From Clostridia bacterium (GTDB taxonomy: Bacteria; Bacillota; Clostridia; Christensenellales; CAG-138), in the NCBI GenBank assembly GCA_036651815.1, contig JAVVXB010000009.1, positions 22,117 through 86,116 on the forward strand: a stretch of DNA of 64,000 bases, given 5' to 3'. Position numbers and translations under genes: made by a program. Positions 27,544 to 37,821 of this stretch are shown one piece after another (the first letter of the stretch is position 1; every line of letters starts with the position of its first letter). Under the pieces are notes generated by a model. The model saw only the letters and a program-made list of their open reading frames with translations. It was not told the origin of the DNA and made no database searches.

Positions 27544-29532
27544 ATGGCAGAGCGAAAACCTTTTTACATTACCACACCGATCTATTATCCAAGCGCAAAC
27601 CTGCACATTGGCCACGCATATTGCACCGTTGCAACCGATGCCATAGCCCGTTACAAACGTCAGCGAAATTACGATGTGTTTTTTTTAACCGGCTCCGACG
27701 AGCACGGCCAGAAAATCGAGCGCAAAGCCAAGGCGGAAGGCGTTACCCCGCAGCAATATGTGGATAAAATTGTCGTTGGATTTAAAGAGTTATGGCAGTT
27801 ACTGGATATTTCTTATGACAAATTCGTCCGCACCACCGATGATTACCACATCAAGACCGTTCAAAAAATCTTTAAGCAGCTATATGACCAGGGCGATATT
27901 TATAAGTCCAAATATGCCGGGCATTACTGCACCCCTTGCGAAAGCTTTTGGCTCGAGCGACAGGTCAAGGATGCCAACGGCGTCTGCCCGGACTGCGGCG
28001 GTCCTGTGGAGATGGTGGAGGAGGAGAGCTATTTTTTCCGGCTCAGCAAATATGCCGATCGTCTGATCCAGTATATCAAGGATAATCCAACATTTATTCA
28101 GCCCGTGAGCCGCACCAACGAAATGCTAACCAATTTTCTGTTGCCAGGGCTTGAGGATCTCTGCGTCAGTCGTACAAGTTTTAAGTGGGGAATTCCCGTA
28201 ACTTTTGATGACAATCACGTCGTATACGTTTGGCTTGATGCGCTTAGTAACTATATTTCCGCTCTTGGATGGGGAAGCAGCGACGATTCCCTATATCAAA
28301 AATATTGGCCTGCGAACGTTCACATCGTTGGCAAGGAAATCGTTCGGTTTCATACGATCATTTGGCCGATCATGCTCATGGCATTGGGTCTCCCGTTGCC
28401 CAAGCAGGTTTTTGGTCACGGTTGGCTTGTACTGGATGGCGGAAAAATGAGCAAGAGCAAGGGAAACGTGGTGGACCCCGTCAAGCTTTGCCAACGCTAC
28501 GGCGTGGATGCCATACGCTACTTCCTACTGCGCGAAGTTCCCTTCGGCAGTGACGGCACGTTCTCCAACGAAGCCCTCATTGGTCGCATCAATACGGATT
28601 TGGCCAACGATCTTGGCAACCTTCTCTCCCGCACCATTGCTATGATCGACAAGTATTGCGATGGCAGACTGCCCTCGCCGGGTCTTAGTGCGGACGAAGA
28701 TTTGGCGCTGAGCCGGCAAGCGATGGAGCTGCCCACCAAGGTGGACGCGCAGATGGACGAGTTGCATATTCCGGATGCACTGGCTGAAATCTGGAAGCTT
28801 GTAGGCGCATGTAACAAGTACATCGATGTCACCGCCCCCTGGATTCTTGCTAAAACGGAGGAAGGCAAGCTGCGACTCTCCAGCGTGTTGTATCATCTCG
28901 CGGAATGTCTGCGCATCATTGCCATTCTGTTGAAGCCTTATCTAACCGCAACGCCCGGGCTGATGTTTGAACAGCTCGGCACGCCCACCCATCTGCAATC
29001 GCTCGAAACCGTCAGCTGGGGCGGAAGTGCAGCCGATACGCCCGTGCATAAGGGCGATGCCATCTTTCCCCGCATCGACGTGCAAAAGGAGCTTGCTTAT
29101 CTGGAGGAGGAAACCGCCCGACAGAAAGCGGACGCACAAGCAAAACTGGGCATCGTTGAAACACCTGCCGCCACAGCCACCGTTCAAGAAGACGCTTCGC
29201 TTCCGGAGATTGATTACGAAGATTTCGCAAAGATTGAGCTGCGCCTTGCCAAGGTTGTCGCCTGTGAGGAGATCAAGCGCAGCAAAAAGCTGCTCAAGCT
29301 CACCGTAGAGGTGGGTGAAGAATTACGCACGGTGGTTTCCGGTATCAAAAAATGGTATGCGCCAGAGGACCTCATTGGAAAAACAGTGGTTCTCGTTGCT
29401 AATCTCAAACCCGTCACGCTCTGCGGCGTGGAAAGTCACGGCATGATTCTCTGTGCCTCTGACGATGCGGACGAAAATCTCTCCGCCATCACGACGCTCG
29501 CCGAAATGGGCAGCGGTTTGAAGGTGCGATAA
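27544..29532 (+). CDS. metG: Methionyl-tRNA synthetase with C-terminal tRNA-binding domain
   Basis: HIGH, Zn knuckle CTPC/CPDC, KMSKS, C-terminal OB domain 'NLKP...SHGMIL'. Confidence 0.98.
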   Translation: MAERKPFYITTPIYYPSANLHIGHAYCTVATDAIARYKRQRNYDVFFLTGSDEHGQKIERKAKAEGVTPQQYVDKIVVGFKELWQLLDISYDKFVRTTDDYHIKTVQKIFKQLYDQGDIYKSKYAGHYCTPCESFWLERQVKDANGVCPDCGGPVEMVEEESYFFRLSKYADRLIQYIKDNPTFIQPVSRTNEMLTNFLLPGLEDLCVSRTSFKWGIPVTFDDNHVVYVWLDALSNYISALGWGSSDDSLYQKYWPANVHIVGKEIVRFHTIIWPIMLMALGLPLPKQVFGHGWLVLDGGKMSKSKGNVVDPVKLCQRYGVDAIRYFLLREVPFGSDGTFSNEALIGRINTDLANDLGNLLSRTIAMIDKYCDGRLPSPGLSADEDLALSRQAMELPTKVDAQMDELHIPDALAEIWKLVGACNKYIDVTAPWILAKTEEGKLRLSSVLYHLAECLRIIAILLKPYLTATPGLMFEQLGTPTHLQSLETVSWGGSAADTPVHKGDAIFPRIDVQKELAYLEEETARQKADAQAKLGIVETPAATATVQEDASLPEIDYEDFAKIELRLAKVVACEEIKRSKKLLKLTVEVGEELRTVVSGIKKWYAPEDLIGKTVVLVANLKPVTLCGVESHGMILCASDDADENLSAITTLAEMGSGLKVR

Positions 29533-29547
29533 AAGGATGGTATTTCC

Positions 29548-30084
29548 ATGCAAACATACCCATTGGCGGACGGGCGGACGCTTGTGCTGCGTACCCCTGC
29601 GGTGACCGACGCGGAGAACTGCATTGCTTTTCTCTGCGCTGCCGGCGGCGAAACCGACTATTTGTTGTGCGATGAAAACGGAATCCCGGGCCTCACGCCA
29701 GAGGGGGAGCGTACCTACTTGTCCGACACGCTTAATGATCCACGCATTGGCATGACCCTTGGCTTTGTAGACGGGAAACTGGTCACCGTGTTCGATATAC
29801 GCCCAAGGCTCCGCCAGCGGCAGGCCCACACCGCAATCGTCTCGCTGGTCGTGCGCAAACCTTACTGGCATCTCGGCATTGGCAGTGCAGCCATGCGAAC
29901 AATGGTTGACTTTGCGCGCAGTAGCGGCATGTTCAAGCACCTTCATTTGGATGTTCGCGCCGACAACGCGCGCGCCATTGCGTTGTATAAACGCTTCGGC
30001 TTTGTTCAATGCGGTCGTCTAAAGGATGCCATCTGCGTGCATGGCCTATATTATGATCAACTGTTAATGGATTTGGAGTTATAG
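29548..30084 (+). CDS. GNAT family N-acetyltransferase
   Basis: 'YWHLGIGSA' acetyl-CoA motif, 'NARAIALYKRFGF'. Confidence 0.88.
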   Translation: MQTYPLADGRTLVLRTPAVTDAENCIAFLCAAGGETDYLLCDENGIPGLTPEGERTYLSDTLNDPRIGMTLGFVDGKLVTVFDIRPRLRQRQAHTAIVSLVVRKPYWHLGIGSAAMRTMVDFARSSGMFKHLHLDVRADNARAIALYKRFGFVQCGRLKDAICVHGLYYDQLLMDLEL

Positions 30085-30858
30085 ATGAACATGAATCTTT
30101 TCGATACCCATACGCACCTGCTGGATGAACAGTTCAGTGAGGAACGAAATGCCCTAATCCCTTCTCTGCCGAACTGCGGCGTGAGCTGTCTTGTTGAAGT
30201 GGGCTGTGAGATGGACGATATTCCGAAAATCTGCGCACTGGTCGCGCTCTACGATCACGTATACGGTGCGGTGGGTATTCATCCGCACACAGCGCATACG
30301 GTGACCCCCGCGGTGCTACGGCGCATTGAGTTGACGATGGCGTTCCCGAAGATCGTTGCCGTCGGTGAAATTGGACTGGATTACCACTATGATTATTCTC
30401 CGCGCGCTGTGCAGAAGCAAGCTTTTGCCGACCAAATTGCCATTGCCAAGACCTATCGCAGACCCATCATTATCCATGACCGAGAAGCCCACGGAGATAC
30501 GATGGACATTCTCCAATCGGAGAAAAACGGATTGCTTGGCGTTTTACATTGTTATTCCGGCAGTTACGAGGACGCTTGCCGATACATCAATATGGGGCTG
30601 TATATCGGCCTAGGCGGTGCGTTGACCTTTAAAAACGCGGTCAAACAGCGAGAGATCGCCGCGAAGCTTCCGCTGGAGCGCATCGTAATTGAAACGGACT
30701 GTCCTTATATGACGCCGGAACCGCACCGTGGCGAGCGTAATGACCCGCGACTGCTGCATCTGACGCTTGAAAAGCTAGCGGAAGTGCGCAATATGAATGC
30801 CGACGTACTAGCGGCTGTCACCACGGAAAACGCCAAACGATTGTTCCACATTGATTGA
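30085..30858 (+). CDS. tatD: TatD family DNase
   Basis: DTHTH, GIHP, GEIGLDY, IHDREAH, HCYSG, ETDCPY; metG-tatD synteny. Confidence 0.95.
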   Translation: MNMNLFDTHTHLLDEQFSEERNALIPSLPNCGVSCLVEVGCEMDDIPKICALVALYDHVYGAVGIHPHTAHTVTPAVLRRIELTMAFPKIVAVGEIGLDYHYDYSPRAVQKQAFADQIAIAKTYRRPIIIHDREAHGDTMDILQSEKNGLLGVLHCYSGSYEDACRYINMGLYIGLGGALTFKNAVKQREIAAKLPLERIVIETDCPYMTPEPHRGERNDPRLLHLTLEKLAEVRNMNADVLAAVTTENAKRLFHID

Positions 30859-31103
30859 TTGAATATGTGTAAGAAACGCTACAGCGAGCACTTTTGCAAT
30901 AAATTGCAATGCTGTGAAAGAGGCGATTCCATACCGTACGAAACACATGTTCCCACGCAGGGGCGAAATATAGCGCAGCCTTAATCGAAGTTTTTATTAT
31001 TGGCATCATCAAATGAGTTTTAATGCTGCCAAAAATATAACGCAAGTAGTGCCCAACGAACAGCCGCAAATTCAAACCGAAGCGGCGTTTTCTTTTGTGC
31101 TTT

Positions 31104-31311
31104 TTGATGGGGGACGGACATAATTCCGAACAAACGAAAACAGGTCCGCATATATGCGCAGAAGCAGGAAGAACGAATGCTGGCAGCGTTTGAGCGAATA
31201 GGATCAGCAGTACGAACGATAAGATAGCAGGGATATCCTACGCTTTCGACGCTCTACCGATGGTTTGAGCGATGGAAAGCAGGGCTAGACCACAATTTCA
31301 TGGACATGTGA
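31104..31311 (+). pseudogene. IS3-family remnant: probable left end plus decayed transposase HTH
   Basis: TG-initiated end TGATGGGGGACGGACATAATTCCGAACA, then YAQKQEERMLAAFERIGSAVRTIR*QGYPTLSTLYRW with an internal stop. Confidence 0.65.
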
Positions 31312-31664
31312 AGCAGTCCGTAGCAAACAGTTCGTATTCAGGCTGCAAAATCTTTTTGATGAAGACATTCTCAGTGAAGTTCGAGTAAAGCATATCTCCG
31401 GCTTGCGGAAACATATGCTTGTTTATTATCTTTTCAATGCGTTTCAACGAAGTTGGTTTCAAGGTTGACTTTAAAGAAAGTACCTTTGCTGCCATCTGTT
31501 TCTGATTGCTTTCCGAATTGTAAGTACTTGTTTTTTTGTTCTTCTGGAACATGATTTGCTATCAACAAATTCAATTTATCGCTGGCTTTTATAGCGTACC
31601 ATGTAGGAACCAACCACTCTTTTGGGGGGATTAATCCAGTTCCTTTTGCTCTTCGTTTAGCCAT
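31298..31664 (-). pseudogene. Frameshifted low-GC hypothetical gene
   Basis: Two overlapping ORFs (31434-31664 and 31298-31552) appear to join near 31460; AT-rich; family not recognised. Confidence 0.4.
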
Positions 31665-31794
31665 TCAATCACTTCATCTGGATCATATTTTGAGATACAT
31701 GCTACCCCATGATTAATAATGGTATTTTATGGGCAATGGCAGGCTTAGATGGCAAAAGATTCTTGTGTAAATGGTTTGGATTCTATATCAAAAA

Positions 31795-31833
31795 ATGCCC
31801 TAATCACCGAACATTCCAGATGATTAGGGCATT
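31795..31833 (-). terminator. Terminator downstream of tRNA-Trp
   Basis: AATGCCCTAATCA / TGATTAGGGCATT stem followed by a T tract on the minus strand. Confidence 0.7.
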
Positions 31834-31841
31834 GTGATGAC

Positions 31842-31915
31842 TGGCAGGGGCAGAAGGACTCGAACCCTCAAGAACGGTTTTGGAGACCGCTATGTTACCA
31901 TTACATCATGCCCCT
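31842..31915 (-). tRNA. tRNA-Trp (CCA)
   Basis: AGGGGCA/TGCCCCT acceptor stem, anticodon loop CT-CCA-AA, TTCGAGT T-loop, encoded 3' CCA; 74 nt. Confidence 0.97.
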
Positions 31916-32070
31916 GCGTAGAAAATCCTGCATATTTTGGTTGTACTTTATAATACGCCTTGTACTATTATCTCTTCCCGGCAATCGATGACCGGATAAT
32001 GAGAAATTCTCCACACGAGATCAGCTCTTTTCCCTAGAAACACTCGTTGTTTCAACAACTTGCAAGCCGT

Positions 32071-32099
32071 AGTATAACTGATTCAAAGATAATTTGCAA
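32071..32099 (-). promoter_or_regulatory. sigmaA promoter upstream of tRNA-Trp
   Basis: Minus strand TTGCAA-N17-TATACT. Confidence 0.6.
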
Positions 32100-32182
32100 G
32101 TTTTTTTGCTGATAATATGACTTTCTATTTTTTATAAAGTACCGGATATCGTACAAAATCGCATTGAACGACTACAATAAAA

Positions 32183-32473
32183 TGAAGCACCTGTAAAAGA
32201 AAAACATGGTGCTATAAAAAGTGGGCAGTGTCGAAACGGCAAACAACTACAGTGGTGAATTTTAGGATCAAGCGTTGGCGTTAGTGGCGGAGGCCAGCGC
32301 ACCGCAAGCAAGCCAAAGGCTTAGCGTGTCAGCTTTGGATGGTGCGCCAAGAGAAATGGCTTGCACAAGCATCTGAAATGGCACCAATCGATTTTGGGAC
32401 GCAAATTCGCGGGCTGCAATAGAAAGCCAAAAAATTGTGGCAACCCAACCTGATTATTAAGAAAGCATTGTGA
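32183..32473 (+). pseudogene. IS3-family orfA remnant
   Basis: TGAAGCACC... end; NYSGEF*DQALALVAE...ASQRLSVS then QIRGLQ*KAKKL..NLIIKKAL (HTH plus leucine zipper, with stops). Confidence 0.65.
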
Positions 32474-32534
32474 GGCGTGAAGAAAAGAACACCGTTGAAT
32501 TTATGTCGTGCACCCCCCCCTCATCTGCAGACCG

Positions 32535-33740
32535 TCAAAACAACGTGACAAGGTGCAAAAGGATCTCTACGATTTTCTCCATCGACTGCACGCTAATAAA
32601 TTCATAACGTCCATGGGAATTATGCCCGCCGGTACAGAGATTCGGGCAAGGCAATCCCATAAAAGAGAGTCGGGCGCCATCCGTTCCGCCACGAATGGGG
32701 GCAAGCTCCGGCTGAACGCCGACCGCAAGCATGGCAGACTTGGCTGCTTCAATCAACCGTGGATCTATTCGTTCCTTCATGTTGTAATAGGAATCGTGCA
32801 GCGAAAGCGTGACAGTGCCTTCGCCATATTTTTGATTTAAATCAGCACACGCCTGTGTGAACAGCGCTTTCTTCTGTGCAAACAGCTGACGGTCATGATC
32901 GCGGATGAGATAATAGGCCTCTGCATGATCCGTGCAGCCACTGATCCGTTCCAAATGAAAGAAGCCCTCGTAACCCTCCGTGCAGGCCGGCGTGCAATCG
33001 CGAGGCAATCGTGCATTCAATTCCATGGCCAGCAACGAGGCGTTCACCATGCGCCCTTTGGCGCTGCCAGGATGGATACTGATGCCGCGGATGGTCACGA
33101 CAGCGGACGCGGCATTAAAGTTTTCACCGTTGATTTCGCCAAGCGCGCCGCCATCGATGGTATAGGCCACATCCGCGCCAAAAGCGGCAATATCAAAAAA
33201 ATCTACCCCACGGCCAACTTCTTCGTCCGGCGTAAAACAGATTCGGATTGGCCCGTGCGGCGGTGCCTGCGGAGCAAGCAGCCGTTCAGCAAGCGTCATA
33301 ATTTCCGCAACGCCCGCCTTGTCGTCCGCACCCAGCAGCGTTTCACCATCGGAACAGATCATTTCGTTGCCAATATACTTGCACAACGCGGGGTATTCAA
33401 CCGGGGACAGAACCAATGCACCGCCCATTTTGATATTCCCGCCATCATAATTTGTGGTAATAACCGGTTGCACATTTGCGCCGCTGACTGCGCTGGATGT
33501 GTCCATATGTGCAATCAGCCCAAGAACGGGCGTTGCTTTCCCGTTGTTCGCAGGAATCGTAGCGGTGACATAGCAATGCTCGCTAAGCTGTACATCCTGT
33601 GCGCCAAGCGCATCCAATTCAGAAACAAGTAGGCGCGCCAGATCAAATTGTTTCCGCGTGCTGGGTACCTTGGTGACGTCATCCTCAGACTGGGTATCGA
33701 TCTGAACATATCGTAAAAAGCGTTCTTTGATCGTGGTCAT
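32535..33740 (-). CDS. pepT: Peptidase T (tripeptide aminopeptidase)
   Basis: 'RFLRYVQIDTQS', AHMDT, LGADDKAG, FTPDEEVG, HPGSAK, IRGGTDG. Confidence 0.96.
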   Translation of the reverse strand: MTTIKERFLRYVQIDTQSEDDVTKVPSTRKQFDLARLLVSELDALGAQDVQLSEHCYVTATIPANNGKATPVLGLIAHMDTSSAVSGANVQPVITTNYDGGNIKMGGALVLSPVEYPALCKYIGNEMICSDGETLLGADDKAGVAEIMTLAERLLAPQAPPHGPIRICFTPDEEVGRGVDFFDIAAFGADVAYTIDGGALGEINGENFNAASAVVTIRGISIHPGSAKGRMVNASLLAMELNARLPRDCTPACTEGYEGFFHLERISGCTDHAEAYYLIRDHDRQLFAQKKALFTQACADLNQKYGEGTVTLSLHDSYYNMKERIDPRLIEAAKSAMLAVGVQPELAPIRGGTDGARLSFMGLPCPNLCTGGHNSHGRYEFISVQSMEKIVEILLHLVTLF

Positions 33741-33887
33741 GTTCTCTCCCTGACTTTCAATTTGTTTTTATTAGCATATCACGATTTTATGAAGTAAAAC
33801 AGACTATTTTGCATTGCCGCTGAAAACGCGTATAATGGTAGAGAAGCATCAGGACAACCTACTATTTGGAAGGGAGCTCTGCATATC

Positions 33888-35468
33888 ATGGATAAGCTAT
33901 ATTATGGTGGAACAATTCTCACAATGGAAAACGGAGCAGCGGAGGCAGTGCTGGTAAGGGACGGCAGGATTGCTGCAGTCGGGACATTTTATGCGCTGCG
34001 AAAATCCGTTTCCGAGGTGCAGCTCATCGACCTAGCCGGTCGCACAATGCTGCCTGCGTTTCTGGATGCACACAGCCATTTTACCGCCGTTGCCAACGCG
34101 TTGCTGCAGGTACCGCTGGGCGAGGCAGATTGCTTTTCATCCATTACGGCTCGTATCCAGCGGTATATTGCGGACAATGATGTCCCGTCTGGTCAATGGG
34201 TAATTGCCAGCGGCTATGACCATAATCAGCTTGCCGAGAAACGCCATCCCGACATCGCATTGCTGGATGCCTGCGCACCGAATAACCCGCTGTTGCTCCA
34301 GCATAGATCGGGGCATTTTGGCGTGTTGAATTCAGCCGCTCTGCAAAAGCTTGGCGTAACGGCGGAAACCGTATCGCCTGAAGGCGGAATCATCGAGGTT
34401 CGCGATGGAAAGCTCACAGGCTATATGGAAGAGAACGCATTTATTCACTATATGCGTCAAGTACCCATGCCGGATGGCAACGCGCTGATGGCGGCGTATG
34501 TAAAAGCGCAGCAGATCTATGCGTCCCATGGCATCACAACCATTCAAGAGGGCATGATGGTGCGAGAGCTGGCGCCGCTGTATCAAGCGCTGATGCAAAA
34601 TAATTTGCTGAAGCTGGACGTCATTTGTTATGTTGCTCTTGCGGATGCAGACCTGCTGACAGCAATGTTTCCAGATGCCGTGAAGCAATATGACCGCGGA
34701 TGTAAGATTGCTGGTTATAAAATTTTTCTCGATGGTTCCCCGCAGGGACGAACGGCCTGGATGAAAACGCCCTATGTCGACGCTGTAAACGGGGACTGCG
34801 GCTACGGAACCATGCAGATGGACGATGTGGTGCATGCCGTGGAAACTGCATCTGACAAGGAGATGCAGTTGCTTGCCCACTGCAATGGCGACGCTGCGAT
34901 CCAACAATATATTGACGCAATCAAGATGGTTGCGCGAAAGAATAGCCAGATTACCCGTGCACGCCCGGTGATCATCCACGCGCAGTTACTGGATTACAAC
35001 CAGATGGCGGATGTGAAGGCGCTAGGTCTGATCCCGTCGTTCTTCATCGCGCACGTGTACCACTGGGGCGATATCCATGTGCAAAACTTTGGCATGCAAC
35101 GGGCTGAGCGCATCAGTCCGGCGGCCTCAACGCTGAAACACGACATTCCCTTTACCTTTCATCAGGATGCGCCGGTGATCGAACCGGATATGCTGGAAAC
35201 CATCTGGTGCGCGGTAAACCGCATAACGAAAAGCGGCGTACGACTTAACCAAAAGGAACGCATCTCCCCTTATGAAGCCATTCGAGCCGTGACGATTAAC
35301 GCCGCGTATCAATATCACGAGGAACGAGAGAAGGGTAGCATTGCGCTAGGCAAGCGTGCGGATTTCGTTATTTTAGACGGCAATCCGCTGACGGTTATGC
35401 CGGAGCGCATTCGTGAAATCCGCGTGCTGGAAACCATCAAAGATGGACAGACGATCTATCTGCGGTAG
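33888..35468 (+). CDS. Amidohydrolase family 3 protein (YtcJ-like)
   Basis: DAHSH, 'KIFLDGSPQGRTA', HCNGDAA, IHAQ, 'GSIALGKRADFVIL'. Confidence 0.9.
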   Translation: MDKLYYGGTILTMENGAAEAVLVRDGRIAAVGTFYALRKSVSEVQLIDLAGRTMLPAFLDAHSHFTAVANALLQVPLGEADCFSSITARIQRYIADNDVPSGQWVIASGYDHNQLAEKRHPDIALLDACAPNNPLLLQHRSGHFGVLNSAALQKLGVTAETVSPEGGIIEVRDGKLTGYMEENAFIHYMRQVPMPDGNALMAAYVKAQQIYASHGITTIQEGMMVRELAPLYQALMQNNLLKLDVICYVALADADLLTAMFPDAVKQYDRGCKIAGYKIFLDGSPQGRTAWMKTPYVDAVNGDCGYGTMQMDDVVHAVETASDKEMQLLAHCNGDAAIQQYIDAIKMVARKNSQITRARPVIIHAQLLDYNQMADVKALGLIPSFFIAHVYHWGDIHVQNFGMQRAERISPAASTLKHDIPFTFHQDAPVIEPDMLETIWCAVNRITKSGVRLNQKERISPYEAIRAVTINAAYQYHEEREKGSIALGKRADFVILDGNPLTVMPERIREIRVLETIKDGQTIYLR

Positions 35469-35602
35469 CCCTCTGATCAATGTTTTTTTGCGGAAGCGTA
35501 ACCAGCTCAGTGCAAAAACCGAACATTTCTCGGATTGCACCCCAGCTCTCGGCGTGTTATGATGAAAAAAATCAAATAGAATCGAATTGGAGAGCCTATT
35601 AA

Positions 35603-36028
35603 ATGAAAAAGTTTTTTACAGAGTTTAAAGCGTTTATTGCAAAAGGCAACGTAGTGGATATGGCCGTTGGTATCATCATCGGCGGCGCATTTAAAACCAT
35701 TGTAGATTCTTTGGTAAAGGATATCATCTCTCCGATCATCGGGCTTGTTGCCGATACGAATTTTAATGATTTGGTATGGAGTATCGGCGGCGTCACCCTT
35801 GGCTATGGCGCATTTCTGACCGCAATCATCAATTTTCTCATCATGGCGGCTGTGCTATTTCTGCTGATCAAAGGCATTAACAAAGCCCAGGAGCTAGGTA
35901 GCCGTCTACATGGAGGCGTGCATGATGCTCCCGCGCCCGCACCAGTTACCAAGCTCTGTCCCTTCTGCAAGAGCGAGATATCCATTGACGCAACCCGCTG
36001 CCCGCACTGCACCTCCACGCTCGAATAA
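35603..36028 (+). CDS. mscL: Large-conductance mechanosensitive channel with C-terminal Cys4 zinc ribbon
   Basis: 'EFKAFIAKGNVVDMAVGIIIGGAF', 'YGAFLTAIINF'; CPFC...CPHC tail. Confidence 0.95.
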   Translation: MKKFFTEFKAFIAKGNVVDMAVGIIIGGAFKTIVDSLVKDIISPIIGLVADTNFNDLVWSIGGVTLGYGAFLTAIINFLIMAAVLFLLIKGINKAQELGSRLHGGVHDAPAPAPVTKLCPFCKSEISIDATRCPHCTSTLE

Positions 36029-36051
36029 CCCGAAAGGAAACGAAAATCATT

Positions 36052-36990
36052 ATGCCGCTTGTTACCATTATTTGCCCTTGCTATAACGAGGCCCCTATGT
36101 TGCGTCTGTTTTATGATGCGATGCAGGAACGTGTGGTAAAAAAGCTACCGCAGGCGACATTCGAATTGTTGTTTATCAATGATGGTTCCAAGGACGATAC
36201 GCTGTCCATCATCAAGGAATTGGCCAAAGTAGACAAGCAAGTCAAGTACATTTCCTTTTCCCGCAACTTTGGTAAGGAAGCCGCCATGTATGCCGGGCTT
36301 AAAAAAGCATTGGGCGATTATGTTGCCATTATGGACTGTGATTTGCAGGATCCTCCGGAACTGATCGCAACCATGTTGTCCATGCTGGAGAACAACCAGT
36401 GTGATTGCGTTGCAACACGCCGTGTGACAAGAGCCGGCGAACCAAAAATCCGCAGTGCGTTTGCCAGGGCGTTTTACCGTCTGATCAACCGAATTTCGGA
36501 TACTGAGTTTGTTGACGGCGCCCGTGATTATCGGTTGATGCGGCGGCAAATGGTGGATGCCGTGCTGCAGCTGCCAGAATATCATCGATTTAGCAAGGGT
36601 CTGTTCATGTGGGTAGGCTTCGATACCCAGTGGCTCGAATTTGAAAATGTCGCCCGGGCGGCTGGCGAGACAAAATGGTCGTTTTGGAAGCTGTTTCAGT
36701 ATGCCATTGAGGGCATTGTTTCGTTTTCCACCGTTCCACTGCGCATTGCAACCTTCGTGGGCTGCTTGGTTTCGGTACTGGCGCTGTTTTACATGATCAT
36801 CCGCGTTGTCATCGCCATGTTCGTTGGCAATCCCGTTGCAGGTTATCCTTCGTTGCTGGCGTTCATGCTGTGCCTTGGCGGCTTTATTCTGTTGGCATTG
36901 GGCATCATTGGAGAATATGTAGCCAGAACCTATATTCAGGTCAAGCAGCGGCCGATTTATATTGAACGGGAAAACAATCTTGACTACTGA
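36052..36990 (+). CDS. GT2 polyprenol-phosphate glycosyltransferase (GtrB/YkcC-like)
   Basis: PCYNE, NDGSKD, FSRNFGKEAA, DCDLQDPP, two C-terminal TM helices, 'GEYVAR...RPIY'. Confidence 0.92.
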   Translation: MPLVTIICPCYNEAPMLRLFYDAMQERVVKKLPQATFELLFINDGSKDDTLSIIKELAKVDKQVKYISFSRNFGKEAAMYAGLKKALGDYVAIMDCDLQDPPELIATMLSMLENNQCDCVATRRVTRAGEPKIRSAFARAFYRLINRISDTEFVDGARDYRLMRRQMVDAVLQLPEYHRFSKGLFMWVGFDTQWLEFENVARAAGETKWSFWKLFQYAIEGIVSFSTVPLRIATFVGCLVSVLALFYMIIRVVIAMFVGNPVAGYPSLLAFMLCLGGFILLALGIIGEYVARTYIQVKQRPIYIERENNLDY

Positions 36991-37001
36991 ATCGCTAACC
37001 T

Positions 37002-37030
37002 AAAATCCCGGCTCAACAGCCGGGATTTTT
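37002..37030 (+). terminator. Rho-independent (probably bidirectional) terminator
   Basis: AAAATCCCGGCT / AGCCGGGATTTT. Confidence 0.8.
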
Positions 37031-37119
37031 GAATGCCATGTTTTTTCTTTAGATTTGTTGTTTCCCCTCGTTGGAAAACACACTCGCTTTCCAGACAGGG
37101 GCTTCTTTCTGTGGAAGAC

Positions 37120-37795
37120 GCCGGTCAGCACCAGAAAAAATGCGGTTTTCGTGACATCCAATATGGCCTAAGGATAACATATCCGATTCCAAACGTCAGA
37201 ACTGCAAGCAATGCCCCGCCGATAAAACTCACCTCGAGACAGAACAGGCGCTCGCTGTCTTCGTACATCAGCCGTGAGGACATGTGGATGGCCTCGTTGA
37301 CGGTGATATTGGATTTTCAGCCGTGAGATCGGGCGCCATTGCATATCGTTAAGGCACAATGATTCCCCAAACAACAAAAAGGCAGCGTCCAGCAAAGAAT
37401 CTTCAGCGTCATCAGCACACGCAGTCCAAGTGCGCAATCAAAGATACGAAACCATTCAAACAGGTTGGTGATTGCCGGATGCCCTTGCAACACAAACAGA
37501 TTGTATCCCAATTCTACCGCGCCGCCAAGAATAAACATCGCAATTGCGAAAATCAGCAAAATATCGCCAATAAAACGGTAATGACAAGAATCAAATCCGC
37601 GCACTCTGGGTTGTTGGGCAGATATGCCGGCAGATGAGGTGTCCTGATAATGTCATTGTCCAGCTGATAAGTTGTCATGGTTCTTTCAGCCGCTGTTCCA
37701 CACAACAGCCCCACAATGAGTGACATCAATAATGCCTGCCAATAATGTCCAGTCAGTACTTTACTGCCTCAGCACGCAATGATTTTGAATGGCTT
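37120..37795 (-). pseudogene. DUF975-family membrane protein pseudogene
   Basis: Fragments LRAEA/VLTGHYWQA, GGAVELGY, CWTL, RYAMAP..AENP/NITVNEAIHMSSRLM...LFCLEVSFIG...FGIGY..RPY across several frameshifts and stops. Confidence 0.7.
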
Positions 37796-37821
37796 GTCCG
37801 GTTAACCCTCCCCCGAAAAAG

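Noticed and set aside
31842-31915. tRNA-Trp with a U11-A24 pair (Hirsh-suppressor-like), hinting at UGA recoding
   Set aside because: A24 occurs naturally in Firmicute tRNA-Trp, and many intact genes here end at TGA at the expected position.
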